Assembly: GCA_964016885.1 (NCBI GenBank)
Contig: OZ024748.1
Span: 40,796,001-40,860,000 of the forward strand
From: Eledone cirrhosa
Taxonomy: Eukaryota
DNA length: 64,000 nucleotides
Direction: 5' to 3'
Part shown: positions 27,816-38,476 of the stretch, piece after piece
Layout of the letters: each line of letters opens with the position of its first letter
How positions within the stretch are numbered: the first letter of the stretch is position 1
Made by a program: the position numbers and the translations under genes
Notes under the pieces: model-generated
Told to the model about the DNA's origin: nothing
The model's database searches: none
The model's input: only the letters and a program-made list of their open reading frames with translations

Positions 27816-27999
27816 ACTCAGAGATGACCCATTCAATTGGACCATGCTGATCAGTCTCATTCATTTTTCAACATATTTCCTGGAAGACAGCCCTTCCCTC
27901 TTCCCCAAAGAGATATTCTATTAGAACATGTTATAACATTTCTCTCAGATGACCCCGCCACCCTCTACAGGTAAACAATTAGTACAAAATCCTCCTTAC

Positions 28000-28115
28000 A
28001 GTGGGCAGTATTCAGTGGAGTTGAAAATATCATCAACAGCTCCATTAAGTAAGATCAAGAAGTGTTCCACATTGTTTTCTAACTCTGCGCAGTTCTCCAT
28101 CCGAGCAGGATCAAG
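28000..28115 (-). CDS. RASA1: p120 RasGAP exon J: LDPARMENCAELENNVEHFLILLNGAVDDIFNSTEYCP(L)
   Basis: tag|CTT...CT|gtaag, 116 nt; phases fit both neighbouring exons. Confidence 0.96.
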
Positions 28116-28317
28116 CTAACAACAACAACAAGAAAACCTTATATATAACATGTAATTAACTTGCTCAAATGATTTAGAAAAAAATGTCTAAAAACAGGTT
28201 TGTTAATTCAAATGTTTGTAGTATCTTTACTAGTGGACAGATTGTTAATATAATAATTCAAGTACAGATCTTTTGATTAAAATTAAACAAAGTGTTTCTA
28301 TAATTCTAAATAAAAAG

Positions 28318-31150
28318 GTGGTGGCAATACCTCATCTAAAGCCTGTCTCAAGCTGGTGCCAATACCTTGTCTAAAGCCTGTCTCAAGTTGGTGGCAATAC
28401 CTCATCTAAAGCCTGTCTCAAGTTGGTGGCAATACCTCATCTAAAGCCTGTCTCAAGTTGGTGGCAATACCTCGTCTAAAGCCTATCTCAAGTTGGTGGC
28501 AATACCTCGTCTAATGTCTGCCTGAAGTTGGTGGCAATACCTTGTCTAAAGCCTGTCTCAAGTTGGTGGCAATACCTCATCTAAAGCCTGTCTCAAGTTG
28601 GTGGCAATACCTCGTCTAAAGCCTGTCTCAAGTTGGTGGCAATACCTTGTCTAAAGCCTGTCTCAAGTTGGTGGCAATACCTTGTCTAAAGCCTGTCTCA
28701 AGTTGGTGGCAATACCTCATCTAAAGCCTGTCTCAAGTTGGTGGCAATACCTCATCTAAAGCCTGTCTCAAGTTGGTGGCAATACCTCGTCTAAAGCCTA
28801 TCTCAAGTTGGTGGCAATACCTCGTCTAATGTCTGCCTGAAGTTGGTGGCAATACCTTGTCTAAAGCCTGTCTCAAGTTGGTGGCAATACCTCATCTAAA
28901 GCCTGTCTCAAGTTGGTGGCAATACCTCGTCTAAAGCCTGTCTCAAGTTGGTGGCAATACCTCGTCTAAAGTCTGTCTCAAGTTGGTGGCAATACCTCAT
29001 CTAAAGTCTATCTCAAGTTGGTGACAATACCTCATCTAAAGTCTGTCTCAAGTTGGTGGCAATACCTCGTCTAAAGCCTGTCTCAAGTTGGTGCCAATAC
29101 CCCGTCTAAAGCCTGTCTCAAGTTGGTGCCAATACCCCGTCTAAAGCCTGTCTCAAGTTGGTGCCAATACCTCATCTAAAGCCTGTCTCAAGTTGGTGGC
29201 AATACCTCGTCTAAAGCCTGTCTCAAGTTGGTGCCAGTACCTCGTCTAAAGCCTGTCTCAAGTTGGTGGCAATACCTCCTCTAAAGTCTGTCTCAAGTTG
29301 GTGCCAATACCTCGTCTAAAATCTGTCTCAAGTTGGTGCCAATACCTCGTCTAAAATCTGTCTCAAGTTGGTGGCAATACCTCGTCTAAAGTCTGTCTCA
29401 AGTTGGTGGCAATACCTCGTCTAAAGCCTGTCTCAAGTTGGTGGCAATACCTCGTCTAATGTCTGTCTCAAGTTGGTGGCAATACCTTGTCTAAAGCCTG
29501 TCTCAAGTTGGTGGCAATACCTCATCTAAAGCCTGTCTCAAGTTGGTGGCAATACCTCATCTAAAGCCTGTCTCAAGTTGGTGGCAATACCTCATCTAAA
29601 GTCTGTCTCAAGTTGGTGGCAATACCTCCTCTAAAGCCTGTCTCAAGTTGGTGCCAATACCTCGTCTAAAGTCTGTCTCAAGTTGGTGGCAATACCTCGT
29701 CTAAAGCCTGTCTCAAGTTGGTGGCAATACCTCGTCTAAAGTCTGTCTCAAGTTGGTGGCAATACCTCGTCTAAAGCCTGTCTCAAGTTGGTGCCAATAC
29801 CTCATCTAAAGCCTGTCTCAAGTTGGTGGCAATACCTCGTATAAAGCCTTGTCTCAAGTTGGTGCCAATACCTCATCTAAAGCCTGTCTCAAGTTGGTGG
29901 CAATACCTCGTCTAAAGCCTGTCTCAAGTTGGTGGCAATACCTCATCTAAAGCCTGTCTCAAGTTGGTGGCAATACCTCGTCTAAAGCCTGTCACAAGTT
30001 AGTGGCAATACCTCGTCTAAAGTCTGTCTCAAGTTTGTGGCAATACCTCCTCTAAAGCCTGTCTCAAGTTGGTGGCAATACCTCATCTAAAGCCTGTCTC
30101 AAGTTGGTGGCAATACCTCGTCTAAAGCCTATCTCAAGTTGGTGGCAATACCTCGTCTAATGTCTGTCTGAAGTTGGTGGCAATACCTTGTCTAAAGCCT
30201 GTCTCAAGTTGGTGGCAATACCTCATCTAAAGCCTGTCTCAAGTTGGTGGCAATACCTCATCTAAAGCCTGTCTCAAGTTGGTGGCAATACCTCGTCTAA
30301 AGCCTATCTCAAGTTGGTGGCAATACCTCGTCTAATGTCTGCCTGAAGTTGGTGGCAATACCTTGTCTAAAGCCTGTCTCAAGTTGGTGGCAATACCTCA
30401 TCTAAAGCCTGTCTCAAGTTGGTGGCAATACCTCGTCTAAAGCCTGTCTCAAGTTGGTGGCAATACCTTGTCTAAAGCCTGTCTCAAGTTGGTGGCAATA
30501 CCTCATCTAAAGCCTGTCTCAAGTTGGTGGCAATACCTCATCTAAAGCCTGTCTCAAGTTGGTGGCAATACCTCGTCTAAAGCCTATCTCAAGTTGGTGG
30601 CAATACCTCGTCTAATGTCTGCCTGAAGTTGGTGGCAATACCTTGTCTAAAGCCTGTCTCAAGTTGGTGGCAATACCTCATCTAAAGCCTGTCTCAAGTT
30701 GGTGGCAATACCTCGTCTAAAGCCTGTCTCAAGTTGGTGGCAATACCTCGTCTAAAGTCTGTCTCAAGTTGGTGGCAATACCTCATCTAAAGTCTATCTC
30801 AAGTTGGTGACAATACCTCATCTAAAGTCTGTCTCAAGTTGGTGGCAATACCTCGTCTAAAGCCTGTCTCAAGTTGGTGGCAATACCTCGTCTAAAGTCT
30901 GTCTCAAGTTGGTGCCAATACCCCGTCTAAAGCCTGTCTCAAGTTGGTGCCAATACCTCGTCTAAAGCCTGTCTCAAGTTGGTGGCAATACCTCATCTAA
31001 AGCCTGTCTCAAGTTGGTGGCAATACCTCGTCTAAAGCCTGTCTCAAGTTGGTGCCAATACCCCGTCTAAAGCCTGTCTCAAGTTGGTGCCAATACCCCG
31101 TCTAAAGCCTGTCTCAAGTTGGTGCCAATACCTCGTCTAAAGCCTGTCTC
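28318..31150. repeat. 35-bp satellite (AAGTTGGTGGCAATACCTCGTCTAAAGCCTGTCTC), ~81 copies
   Basis: Direct periodicity. Confidence 0.99.
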
Positions 31151-31164
31151 AAAACTGGAGGTTC

Positions 31165-31500
31165 ATCAGGTTGGTGCTTTTCCCAGTTTCTGTGGCGTGA
31201 AATGACAGAGTACAAGACTCCTCCCTGGGCAGGACACCAGTGAAATGACAGAGCACAAGACTCCCCCCTGGGCAAGACACCAGTGAAATGACAGAGTACA
31301 AGACTCCCCCCTGGGCAGGACAGCAGTGAAATGACAGAGTACAAGACTCCCCCCTGGGCAGGACACCAGTGAAATGACAGAGCACAAGACTCCCCCCTGG
31401 GCAGGACACCATTGCTGGTACTTATTTTCAGCTGAGTATACTGGAGCAAAATGAAATGAAGTGTTTTGCTCAAGAACCAGGTGTTTGGAACATAACTCAA
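31165..31500 (-). mobile_element. tRNA-derived SINE copy with an internal 5 x 43-bp expansion (31197-31411)
   Basis: Colinear with the SINE at 32440-32702 (ggtgctt.tcccagtttc..gacagagtacaagact..ctggtact.attttcagctgagt..tgaagtgttttgctcaagaac). Confidence 0.85.
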
Positions 31501-31544
31501 CAAAGGTCCTTCTGACATAAAATTATGATGGACGGTTTTTAGAT

Positions 31545-31900
31545 AATGGTGATGGTGGTGGTGGTAATGGTGGTGGTGATGATGGTGATGGTGGTAATGA
31601 TGGTGGTGGTGGTGATGATGATGGTGGTGGTGGTGATGGTGGTGGTGGTGATGGTGGTGGTGGTGATGATGGTGATGATGATGGTGGTGGTGATGGTAAT
31701 GCTGGTGATGGTGGTGGTGATGGTGGTGGTGGTGGTGATGATAGTGACGGTGGTGGTGATGGTAGTGGTGATGATGGTGATGGTAATGATTATGATGGTA
31801 ATGATTATGATGGTGATGGTAATGATGGTGATGGTGATGATGATGATGATGGTGGTGATGATTATGATGGTGATGGTGATGATTATGATGGTGATGGTGG
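31545..31900. repeat. Compound (GGT/GAT)n microsatellite next to the exon I donor
   Basis: Trinucleotide low complexity; explains the poly-M/V ORF. Confidence 0.97.
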
Positions 31901-31920
31901 CATTAAATGTTAGTTCTTAC

Positions 31921-32063
31921 TTCACAAGACTGTTTACTTTCTATAATTGTATGGACAGCATCTTTGGAAGCTTTTTGTACGAAAGTTGATGCAGTCATCT
32001 TCATGTATTGGTCCATCAATGTGGTAGCTAGTGATGTGGCACGGAACAACGTAGACACTTCAT
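31921..32063 (-). CDS. RASA1: p120 RasGAP exon I, with the arginine finger: (D)EVSTLFRATSLATTLMDQYMKMTASTFVQKASKDAVHTIIESKQSCE
   Basis: cag|AT...GAA|gtaag, 143 nt; LFRAT carries the catalytic Arg (R789 in human p120GAP). Confidence 0.98.
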
Positions 32064-32170
32064 CTGCAACAAATATAATTAATCATTTACGATTTACTTT
32101 ATATATACTAAAATAAAGTACCAGTAATGCACTGGGATAATTGCTGGCCTTGTGTCAAAAGTAGAAACAA

Positions 32171-32356
32171 TTATTCTATATTTACTATTATATTTTTGTA
32201 ATAAAAGCCTTATCTCACATAATATTGAATCTATGAGATTTTGATATTATTTATTTTAAGAATAATACCTTAACATCAGTATGATCGACCAGTTACAGCC
32301 AGTTTGAACAGAAAGAGGTGAGAGAATTCTGGCCGGTTTAAATGCTAAAGGGTTAA
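32171..32356 (-). mobile_element. Terminal fragment of a piggyBac-like MITE (ends ...aaatgctaaagggTTAA)
   Basis: TTAA+CCCTTT terminus; reverse complement of 34198-34938 but with a single copy of the 44-bp unit; a third terminus at 33933-33949. Confidence 0.7.
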
Positions 32357-32439
32357 ATTCACATTACAGCAACAATTATTCTAGAATGTTAAATACCATA
32401 TATACTCATAGATCATAAATTATTTGCATGCTCTCGTAT

Positions 32440-32702
32440 GCTGTTAGCAGCGCGTTGAGCCGGTGCTTATCCCAGTTTCATGGCATGAAGCGACAGAGTA
32501 CAAGACTGCCCCCTGGACAGAATGCCAGTCCATCACAGGGTTAAACCCCCAGTTATTTCTGGTACTCATTTTCAGCTGAGTAAACTAGAGCAACGTAAAA
32601 TGAAGTGTTTTGCTCAAGAACACAACACACAACCCAGGAATCGAACCCACAACATTATGATGGTAAGTCCAATACCCTTACCACTAGGCCATGTGCCTCC
32701 AC
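32440..32702 (-). mobile_element. Near full-length tRNA-derived SINE
   Basis: Minus-strand head gtggaggcacaTGGCCTAGTGG (A box) ... GGTTCGATTCC (B box); related copies at 31165 and 38106. Confidence 0.88.
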
Positions 32703-33017
32703 ACAGATTATTTTCTGAAGAAAAAGGAAAAGGGAAAGAAACAAAACGTTGCATGTGACATACCTACCAAAACCTGCCCTGAAGAGGGGTTAAACTTGTG
32801 GACCCCATGATAAGACCTTACCATGGGGTTGATTATTTTTACAGTCAGATACCCTTCCTGGTAAAACCCTGTTTTAGTTACCTCTTACAATAAGCAGGAA
32901 CAGAGAGTAGCTATTGTACAACCCAACAGAAAACTGAGGTGGAAAAGTAGGTGTGAAATGATAATGATGATGAAGTTTATGATGATAAGTTTGTAAATAG
33001 TAAGAAATGTCACAAAC

Positions 33018-33174
33018 CTTCTTTTTTAATTTCCATGTTGTTGAGAGCTTCTAAGAGTCTAGATTCTTGGTTCTCATGTCGGAATACCATCAATAAAGCT
33101 TTCGCCAGAGAGATTCTTTCACTGACACACACTTGGGCTAACATAAGAACATTGTCTAAATTCGTTAATATAAG
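33018..33174 (-). CDS. RASA1: p120 RasGAP exon H: LILTNLDNVLMLAQVCVSERISLAKALLMVFRHENQESRLLEALNNMEIKKE
   Basis: cag|CTT...G|gtttg, 157 nt; start of the GAP domain. Confidence 0.95.
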
Positions 33175-33593
33175 CTGAAAAGAAAAACACATTCTGTTGT
33201 ATTTTTTTATAATATTAATAATTTCGTTTTTGAATTTGTTTTGCAAGATTTCTTATCTGAAAAGTATGTTGAAACAGATATTGTTATACTTTGGGAGGGT
33301 CATGCTGCCAATAAAAAACACACACACACACACACACCTGTTGGTTTTCACTTCAATTTATTATAAATTTCCGGTTGGTTGGTTCAATAAGCGGATGGTT
33401 ATTTATATATTGTCAAAGATCTTTCATCACACTTTCTGTGACCTCCCCAGTGACTGATTCGTTATTTTGTCTCTCCTTTATTCTGTCCTACACCATATTG
33501 TTTATAATAATGATTTCTTTATTGGCCACTAGGGCCTACATATAGAGGACAATAGAAAAAGACAGGGACAATCACAGCACTTTGTTTTCTTAC

Positions 33594-33766
33594 CTCTTTA
33601 AGTGTTGTATATTCTCCTGGAGGCATGATTACTTCATGGAGGTACCTAGACTTTAACCGAAGGGAACCCATATCTCCTCGACTAGCAACATTCACAGGCT
33701 GTAAGCTATACCATTCATCAATAAACTCTCCACTCTTCAAATCATTCAAATCTATTGTCGTTTGGA
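33594..33766 (-). CDS. RASA1: p120 RasGAP exon G (end of C2): (V)QTTIDLNDLKSGEFIDEWYSLQPVNVASRGDMGSLRLKSRYLHEVIMPPGEYTTLKE
   Basis: cag|TC...GAG|gtaag, 173 nt; DEW..GSLR..IMP..EY motif. Confidence 0.97.
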
Positions 33767-34016
33767 CTGAAAAACAGATACAAAATACATGTAGTAGATG
33801 AGTAGTGGTGTTCAAATGAAAAAGAGGAAAAGTAAGGTATATATATATTTATAGAATATTGAGTACACTCTGTAAAGTGATAGTGGTGGTGTCATGATAA
33901 AAGCCTTTACCATGAAAATAAAATATAAATATAAATGCTAAAGGGTTAAAAAAAATTATTTGTTTTAATAATTGCCAATGTCTTAACAAGTAGGTTATAT
34001 AATGAGCAGTACATAC

Positions 34017-34093
34017 CAACTTCAACATCTTTTGAACGCCGACCTTGATTTACTATAGATATGGTAAAACTCTCCACATCAGAAGGAATGTCA
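34017..34093 (-). CDS. RASA1: p120 RasGAP exon F (C2): (D)DIPSDVESFTISIVNQGRRSKDVEV
   Basis: tag|T...G|gtatg, 77 nt; phases fit neighbours. Confidence 0.95.
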
Positions 34094-34197
34094 CTAGACA
34101 AAAGAAAAGACAATAAATGTCAAACAAACAGCAGATAACTTTTTTTTAAAATAATAACATATGTTGTCTAACCTATGCTAGCATGGAAAAAAAGACA

Positions 34198-34938
34198 TTA
34201 ACCCTTTAGCATTTAAACCGGATGGAACTGGCCAGAATTCTCTCACCTCTTTCTGTTCAAACCAGCTGTATCTGGCCAGAATTCTCTCACCTCTTTCTGT
34301 TCAAACCGGCTGTATCTGGCCAGAGTTCTCTCACCTCTTTCTGTTCAAACCGGCTGTATCTGCCCAGAATTCTCTCACCTCTTTCTGTTCAAACCGGCTG
34401 TATCTGGCCAGAATTCTCTCACCTCTTTCTGTTCAAACCAGCTGTATCTGGCCAGAATTCTCTCACCTCTTTCTGTTCAAACCGGCTGTATCTGGCCAGA
34501 ATTCTCTCACCTCTTTCTGTTCAAACTGGCTGTATCTGGCCAGAATTCTCTCACCTCTTTCTGTTCAAACCAGCTGTATCTGGCCAGAATTCTCTCACCT
34601 CTTTCTGTTCAAACTGGCTGTATCTGCCCAGAATTCTCTCACCTTTCTGTTCAAACCGGCTGTATCTGCTCAGAATTCTCTCACCTCTTTCTGTTCAAAC
34701 CGGCTGTATCTGGCCAGAATTCTCTCACCTCTTTCTGTTCAAACCAGCTGTATCTGGCCAGAATTCTCTCACCTCTTTCTGTTCAAACCGGCTGTATCTG
34801 GCCAGAATTCTCTCACCTCTTTCTGTTCAAACCAGCCGTAACTGGACGCTCATACTTATGTTAAGGTATTATTCTCAAAATAAATATCAAAATCTCATAG
34901 ATTCGATATTATGTACATTAGTATATATAGAGTAATGT
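34198..34938 (+). mobile_element. piggyBac-like MITE fragment carrying a 44-bp minisatellite (~14 copies, 34229-34837)
   Basis: Starts TTAAccctttagcattt; unit GGCCAGAATTCTCTCACCTCTTTCTGTTCAAACCGGCTGTATCT; flanks match 32171-32356 inverted. Confidence 0.8.
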
Positions 34939-34959
34939 AAATACAGTAATAAAACTTAC

Positions 34960-35198
34960 TCAAGAATAAAATCTTCACCCCAATAGGGGTTAGGGCATTT
35001 GCCAACTTGAGTTCGGCACACTTGTACGTTGTTCAGGTACACAACACAATAGGGGTGAGGTAAATGTTTGTTGGGCAAATCTCGTCCATCAAATATTTCA
35101 ATTGATAAACTTCTTAATTCTTTCAAGGCTTCCGATAAATGATTAGGTTTTGGAGTTTGAATATTAACACAGTAAGGTTTTAATGATTGGATCCAGTG
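34960..35198 (-). CDS. RASA1: p120 RasGAP exon E (end of PH, start of C2): HWIQSLKPYCVNIQTPKPNHLSEALKELRSLSIEIFDGRDLPNKHLPHPYCVVYLNNVQVCRTQVGKCPNPYWGEDFIL
   Basis: cag|CAC...GA|gtaag, 239 nt, stop-free; C2 motifs PYC and NPxWxExF. Confidence 0.96.
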
Positions 35199-35358
35199 CT
35201 GAAAGATATTACAGACTTTTATAAATGGTTAGAAGCTTGGATTGGGGGGGGGGGGGGTGAGTGATTGAGTGTGTGTCTGTCTGTATGTCATGTGAGTGTG
35301 TACTATCATTTTAATTCTCTACTTTCCTTTAAAAATTGTTAATATAGTTTTAACTTTG

Positions 35359-35400
<42 letters not shown>

Positions 35401-35484
35401 GATTAAAACAATGTCTCTGATCGAGACGAAGTGAGAGAGTATTTGAATATTTATCAAAATGAGAAAACTCATCACTAAAACAGC

Positions 35485-35656
35485 TGTCGATTAAATCAAC
35501 CCCAGTGTATTACTGGTGCCTTATTCTATTGACCCCATAAGCATGAAAGGCAAAGCTAATCTCGGCAGGATTTGAACTCAGAGCATAAAGGACTGCAACA
35601 CTATGCAGCTAAGTATATTGTCCGAGACACTCTACCAACTACTGCCAATCCACGTC
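35485..35656 (-). mobile_element. tRNA-derived SINE fragment (second family)
   Basis: B-box-like GAGTTCAAATCC on minus; paralogue at 15003-15151. Confidence 0.75.
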
Positions 35657-35691
35657 CTTCATGTATAAATTAATAATAATACTAATACTTT

Positions 35692-36089
35692 ATCATCATC
35701 ATCATTTTACGTCCGCTTTTCCCTGCTTGCAAGGGTGGGACGGGTCTTATTCAGCACAGCATCTCTCCACTCGTCACGGTCCCTCGTCATCTCCACCGTG
35801 AGCTTCAATGATCTAAGGTCTGTTCTCACCACCTCCGCCCATGTTTTTCGTGGTCTACCTCTACCACGTCTTCCTTCAACTGGCATTTCCTGGCACTTCT
35901 TCACCCATCGGTCATCCTCCATGCGCATCGCATGTCCATACCACCTCAGTCTCCTCTCCCATACACTACATTCCATCCCTCTCAGACACAGTTTCTCTCT
36001 CAACACATTTATGCTGGGTCGTTCACGCACATTTACACTGCACATCCAACGGAGCATGCTTGCCTCATTTCTCTCCAGCCGTCGCATAT
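35692..36089 (-). mobile_element. 5'-truncated RTE-clade LINE 3' end with (ATG)n tail
   Basis: Open frame ...RRLRWYGHAMRM...GRRGRGRPRKTW...W is typical of the post-RT C-terminus of RTE LINEs; microsatellite tail follows the stop. Confidence 0.88.
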
Positions 36090-36157
36090 CTATTATTATA
36101 TATATAAATATATTATTCAAAATATTAACAAATGAAAAATATTCTCATAATCAAAAT

Positions 36158-36229
36158 ATATACTTTATTATATATATTTCAGAGGTACTGTGTTGTTTTT
36201 TCAGTATGTCCTCATCAGACAAAATATAT
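36158..36229 (-). ncRNA. Minimal type I hammerhead ribozyme motif, core intact, sense to the RASA1 pre-mRNA
   Basis: Minus: auauauuuugu CUGAUGA gga(ca)uacug-loop-cagua(cc)ucu GAAA uauauaUA auaaaguauau; 11-bp helix I including 2 GU. Confidence 0.78.
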
Positions 36230-36758
36230 GATTTGATATATGACATACCCCTACGGTCTTGATTGTTCAATCCCAGTATTGGCAGTGATTTATTTAATCA
36301 AATCTCAATGTTTATATACCACAAATAATATGATAAACTTAAAGAAAAGGATGTAGAGCAAATTAGAGATATGAGAGAGAGTGTAAAGAAGAGGAAAGGC
36401 AAGAAAAAAATTAATAAATACATACATAAATAGATAAATGAATAAAAAATAAATGGATGAATGAGTAAAAGAAATATATAAAAAAGAAAAGAGGAATAAA
36501 GACAAAAGTGGGAAGGTGTGGGGAAAGTAAAGGGAATAGAGGGGGGTAAAGAAAATAAAGAAAAAATAAAGGAACATCAAACAGAGGGGGATGGAGAAGA
36601 AAACCGTTGTTTTCAAATGATAGATCAAATAGGACATCCAATCAATTCACATAATCAATTGAATATCTTTTGTATTTGATTGAGATTTGATTAAATAAAT
36701 CACTGCCAATACTGGAATTGAACAATCAAGACCGTAGAGGTATGTCATATATCAAATC

Positions 36759-36830
36759 ATATATTTTGTCTGATGAGGACATACTGAAAAAACAACACAG
36801 TACCTCTGAACTATATATAATAAAGTATAT
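36759..36830 (+). ncRNA. Inverted twin hammerhead motif with core mutation GAAA>GAAC
   Basis: Same sequence as the 36158-36229 motif except c at 36811. Confidence 0.65.
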
Positions 36831-37083
36831 ATTTTGATTATGAGAATATTTTTCATTTGTTAATATTTTGAATAATATTAAAAACTCCAGGAAAACTTTT
36901 TTGTTGAGTGCTTCTAATCTATTGTAAAATTGTATTCATTGAGTATTCAACGAACCATACTAATCTTTGGTTATATATAAATATATATTATATAAGCAAA
37001 GGGATATTTAATTTGTTGGTAATTCAACAAATATATATATTTATAACTGATTCAAAGCACTCAAGTTTTCTGGAGTATAATAT

Positions 37084-37332
37084 TCAATGATATTAAATAA
37101 ATGGAAACTATATTTATAAAACCATATTTATTCTATTATATATATTTCAAAGGTACCAAAACAGATCTTAACGATTCAAGTTAAGATCTCGTTCCTGGAT
37201 ATGTCACTATTTATAAAATAAACTTTGTATTTTATCTGATGAGAGCATACCAAAGTTTTGGTACCCTTGAAATATATATAATAGAATAAATAAGGTTTTA
37301 TAAATATAGTTTCCATTTATTAATATCATTGA
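37084..37332. repeat. Inverted repeat: ~78-bp arms 37084-37162 and 37255-37332
   Basis: tcaatgatatta...ggtaccaaaac versus gttttggtacc...taatatcattga. Confidence 0.93.
37228..37288 (+). ncRNA. Minimal type I hammerhead ribozyme motif, core intact
   Basis: uauuuuau CUGAUGA gag(ca)uaccaa-aguu-uuggua(cc)cuu GAAA uauauaUA auagaaua; 8-bp helix I. Confidence 0.8.
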
Positions 37333-37499
37333 TATATATATATATATAGAGATTTTAAGTATATGTTGGTTGTATACCAACACCTCAGTATGCAGACTGG
37401 AGCACTCGACGAAGTGCGCAGGTTGGTTTGGTTACTCCGGAGTAATGTAAAATAAAGTAAAATAAATAAGTCAAATGTTTAAATTTAGCTTCGTTTATT

Positions 37500-37554
37500 A
37501 CTGCTATATATATTTAGGTGACAGCCATCTTTGGCTGTGACCTCTTCAGGCAGT
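37500..37554 (-). ncRNA. Inverted twin hammerhead motif with core mutation GAAA>UAAA
   Basis: Reverse complement of 37827-37881 except a at 37516 where c is expected. Confidence 0.68.
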
Positions 37555-37826
37555 CCGAATTAGTGTGGTATAGACAAGTACATATGTTGTTGAGGTGTAT
37601 AATTTTGTCAATACTCTGATATGCCCAGTTTTGAATGAGGAATGTTCTAACAACTGACCAATGAGAGGAGAAGAGGCTCTTTGACACTGAAATTCGTTTG
37701 TCTGAATTCATATGATTCCAGTTCCTCAGTGAAATAACAACCCAACCAGGAACTGGGCATATCAGAGTATTGACAAAATTATACACCTCAACAACATATG
37801 TACTTGTCTATACCACACTAATTCGG

Positions 37827-37881
37827 ACTGCCTGAAGAGGTCACAGCCAAAGATGGCTGTCACCGAAATATATATAGCAGT
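37827..37881 (+). ncRNA. Minimal type I hammerhead ribozyme motif, core intact (best example)
   Basis: acugc CUGAAGA ggu(c)acagcca-aaga-uggcugu(c)acc GAAA u-auau-a UA gcagu, followed by AATAAA; predicted cleavage after 37876. Confidence 0.87.
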
Positions 37882-37944
37882 AATAAACGGAACTAAATTT
37901 TAAACATTTGACTTATTTATTTTACTTTATTTATATATATATAT

Positions 37945-38095
37945 CATCATCATCATCATTTTACGTCTGCTTTTCCCTGTTTGCAAGGGTGGGACGGGAA
38001 CTGAATCTGGCTTGATTTCTACAGCTGGATGCCCTTCCTAACACCAACCTCATTTACAGTGAGTGGTGGGTGCTTTTTTGCCGTGGCACCTCCAC
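37945..38095 (-). mobile_element. SINE-like fragment sharing its 3' tail with the RTE LINE at 35692
   Basis: (atc)n-attttacgtctgcttttccctgtttgcaagggtgggacggg is nearly identical to 35692-35744, then switches to tttctacagctggatgcccttcc. Confidence 0.78.
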
Positions 38096-38105
38096 GACCA
38101 CTATC

Positions 38106-38251
38106 ATCTCATTTCTACAGCTGAGTAAACTGGAGCAATGTGAAATAAAGTGTCTTTCTTAAGGAAACAACACATCACCCGGTCTGAGAATTGAACTCAC
38201 AACCTTTCGATTGCAAGGCCAATGCTCTAACCACTAAGCCATGTGCCTCCA
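38106..38251 (-). mobile_element. 5' half of a tRNA-derived SINE (family of 32440-32702)
   Basis: Minus-strand head tggaggcacaTGGCTTAGTGG ... AGTTCAATTC; shared cagctgagtaaact.gagcaa core. Confidence 0.85.
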
Positions 38252-38380
38252 TATATATATATATATGTATATATATATATTTTTATTAAATATTTGCTCT
38301 ACGGTTCTTATATATTTGATATATATTTATCTTTATCGAGCCCTCTTTGGATTTTAGTTTTCAAATTTATTATTATTACT

Positions 38381-38438
38381 ATTCTATTTCTAATTTCAAA
38401 TTCGCTCGCTGTTTCAAAACATACCTGTCATAAATATA

Positions 38439-38476
<38 letters not shown>

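Larger units (their letters stand above)
36110..36878. repeat. Long inverted repeat: 200-bp arms 36110-36309 and 36679-36878, ~370-bp purine-rich spacer
   Basis: Arms are reverse complements with only about three mismatches by eye. Confidence 0.96.
37450..37932. repeat. Long inverted repeat: ~180-bp arms 37450-37630 and 37751-37932, ~120-bp spacer
   Basis: Near-perfect reverse complements. Confidence 0.96.

Noticed and set aside
1-31150. CRISPR-like appearance of the 25-46 bp repeats
   Set aside because: Units are head-to-tail without unique spacers, there are no cas genes, and the context is a spliceosomal gene.
31546-31989. 147-aa Met/Val-rich ORF
   Set aside because: (GGT/GAT)n microsatellite plus the antisense of exon I.
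32600-32702. Possible tRNA gene (A and B boxes)
   Set aside because: No convincing cloverleaf; continues into a SINE body present in three copies in the window.
32778-32830. CTGAAGA followed by a GGGGTT/GACCCC stem, a possible extra hammerhead
   Set aside because: No GAAA after the stem and no helix I/III; likewise ctgatcgagacgaa at 35417 and the minus-strand ctgatga at 31163 fail the core.
34222-34935. 237-aa plus-strand ORF
   Set aside because: Read-through of the 44-bp minisatellite inside a MITE fragment.
35735-36262. Plus-strand ORFs of 175, 88 and 67 aa
   Set aside because: Antisense shadows of the RTE fragment.
36305-36641. Phe/Leu-rich membrane-like ORFs in the inverted-repeat spacer
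   Set aside because: Low-complexity purine/pyrimidine-biased sequence; no RT or GIY-YIG motifs recognised.
37500-37554. General rule that sense-strand hammerheads are inactivated to protect the pre-mRNA
   Set aside because: True for this copy, but the sense copy at 36158-36229 has an intact core while its antisense twin is the mutated one.
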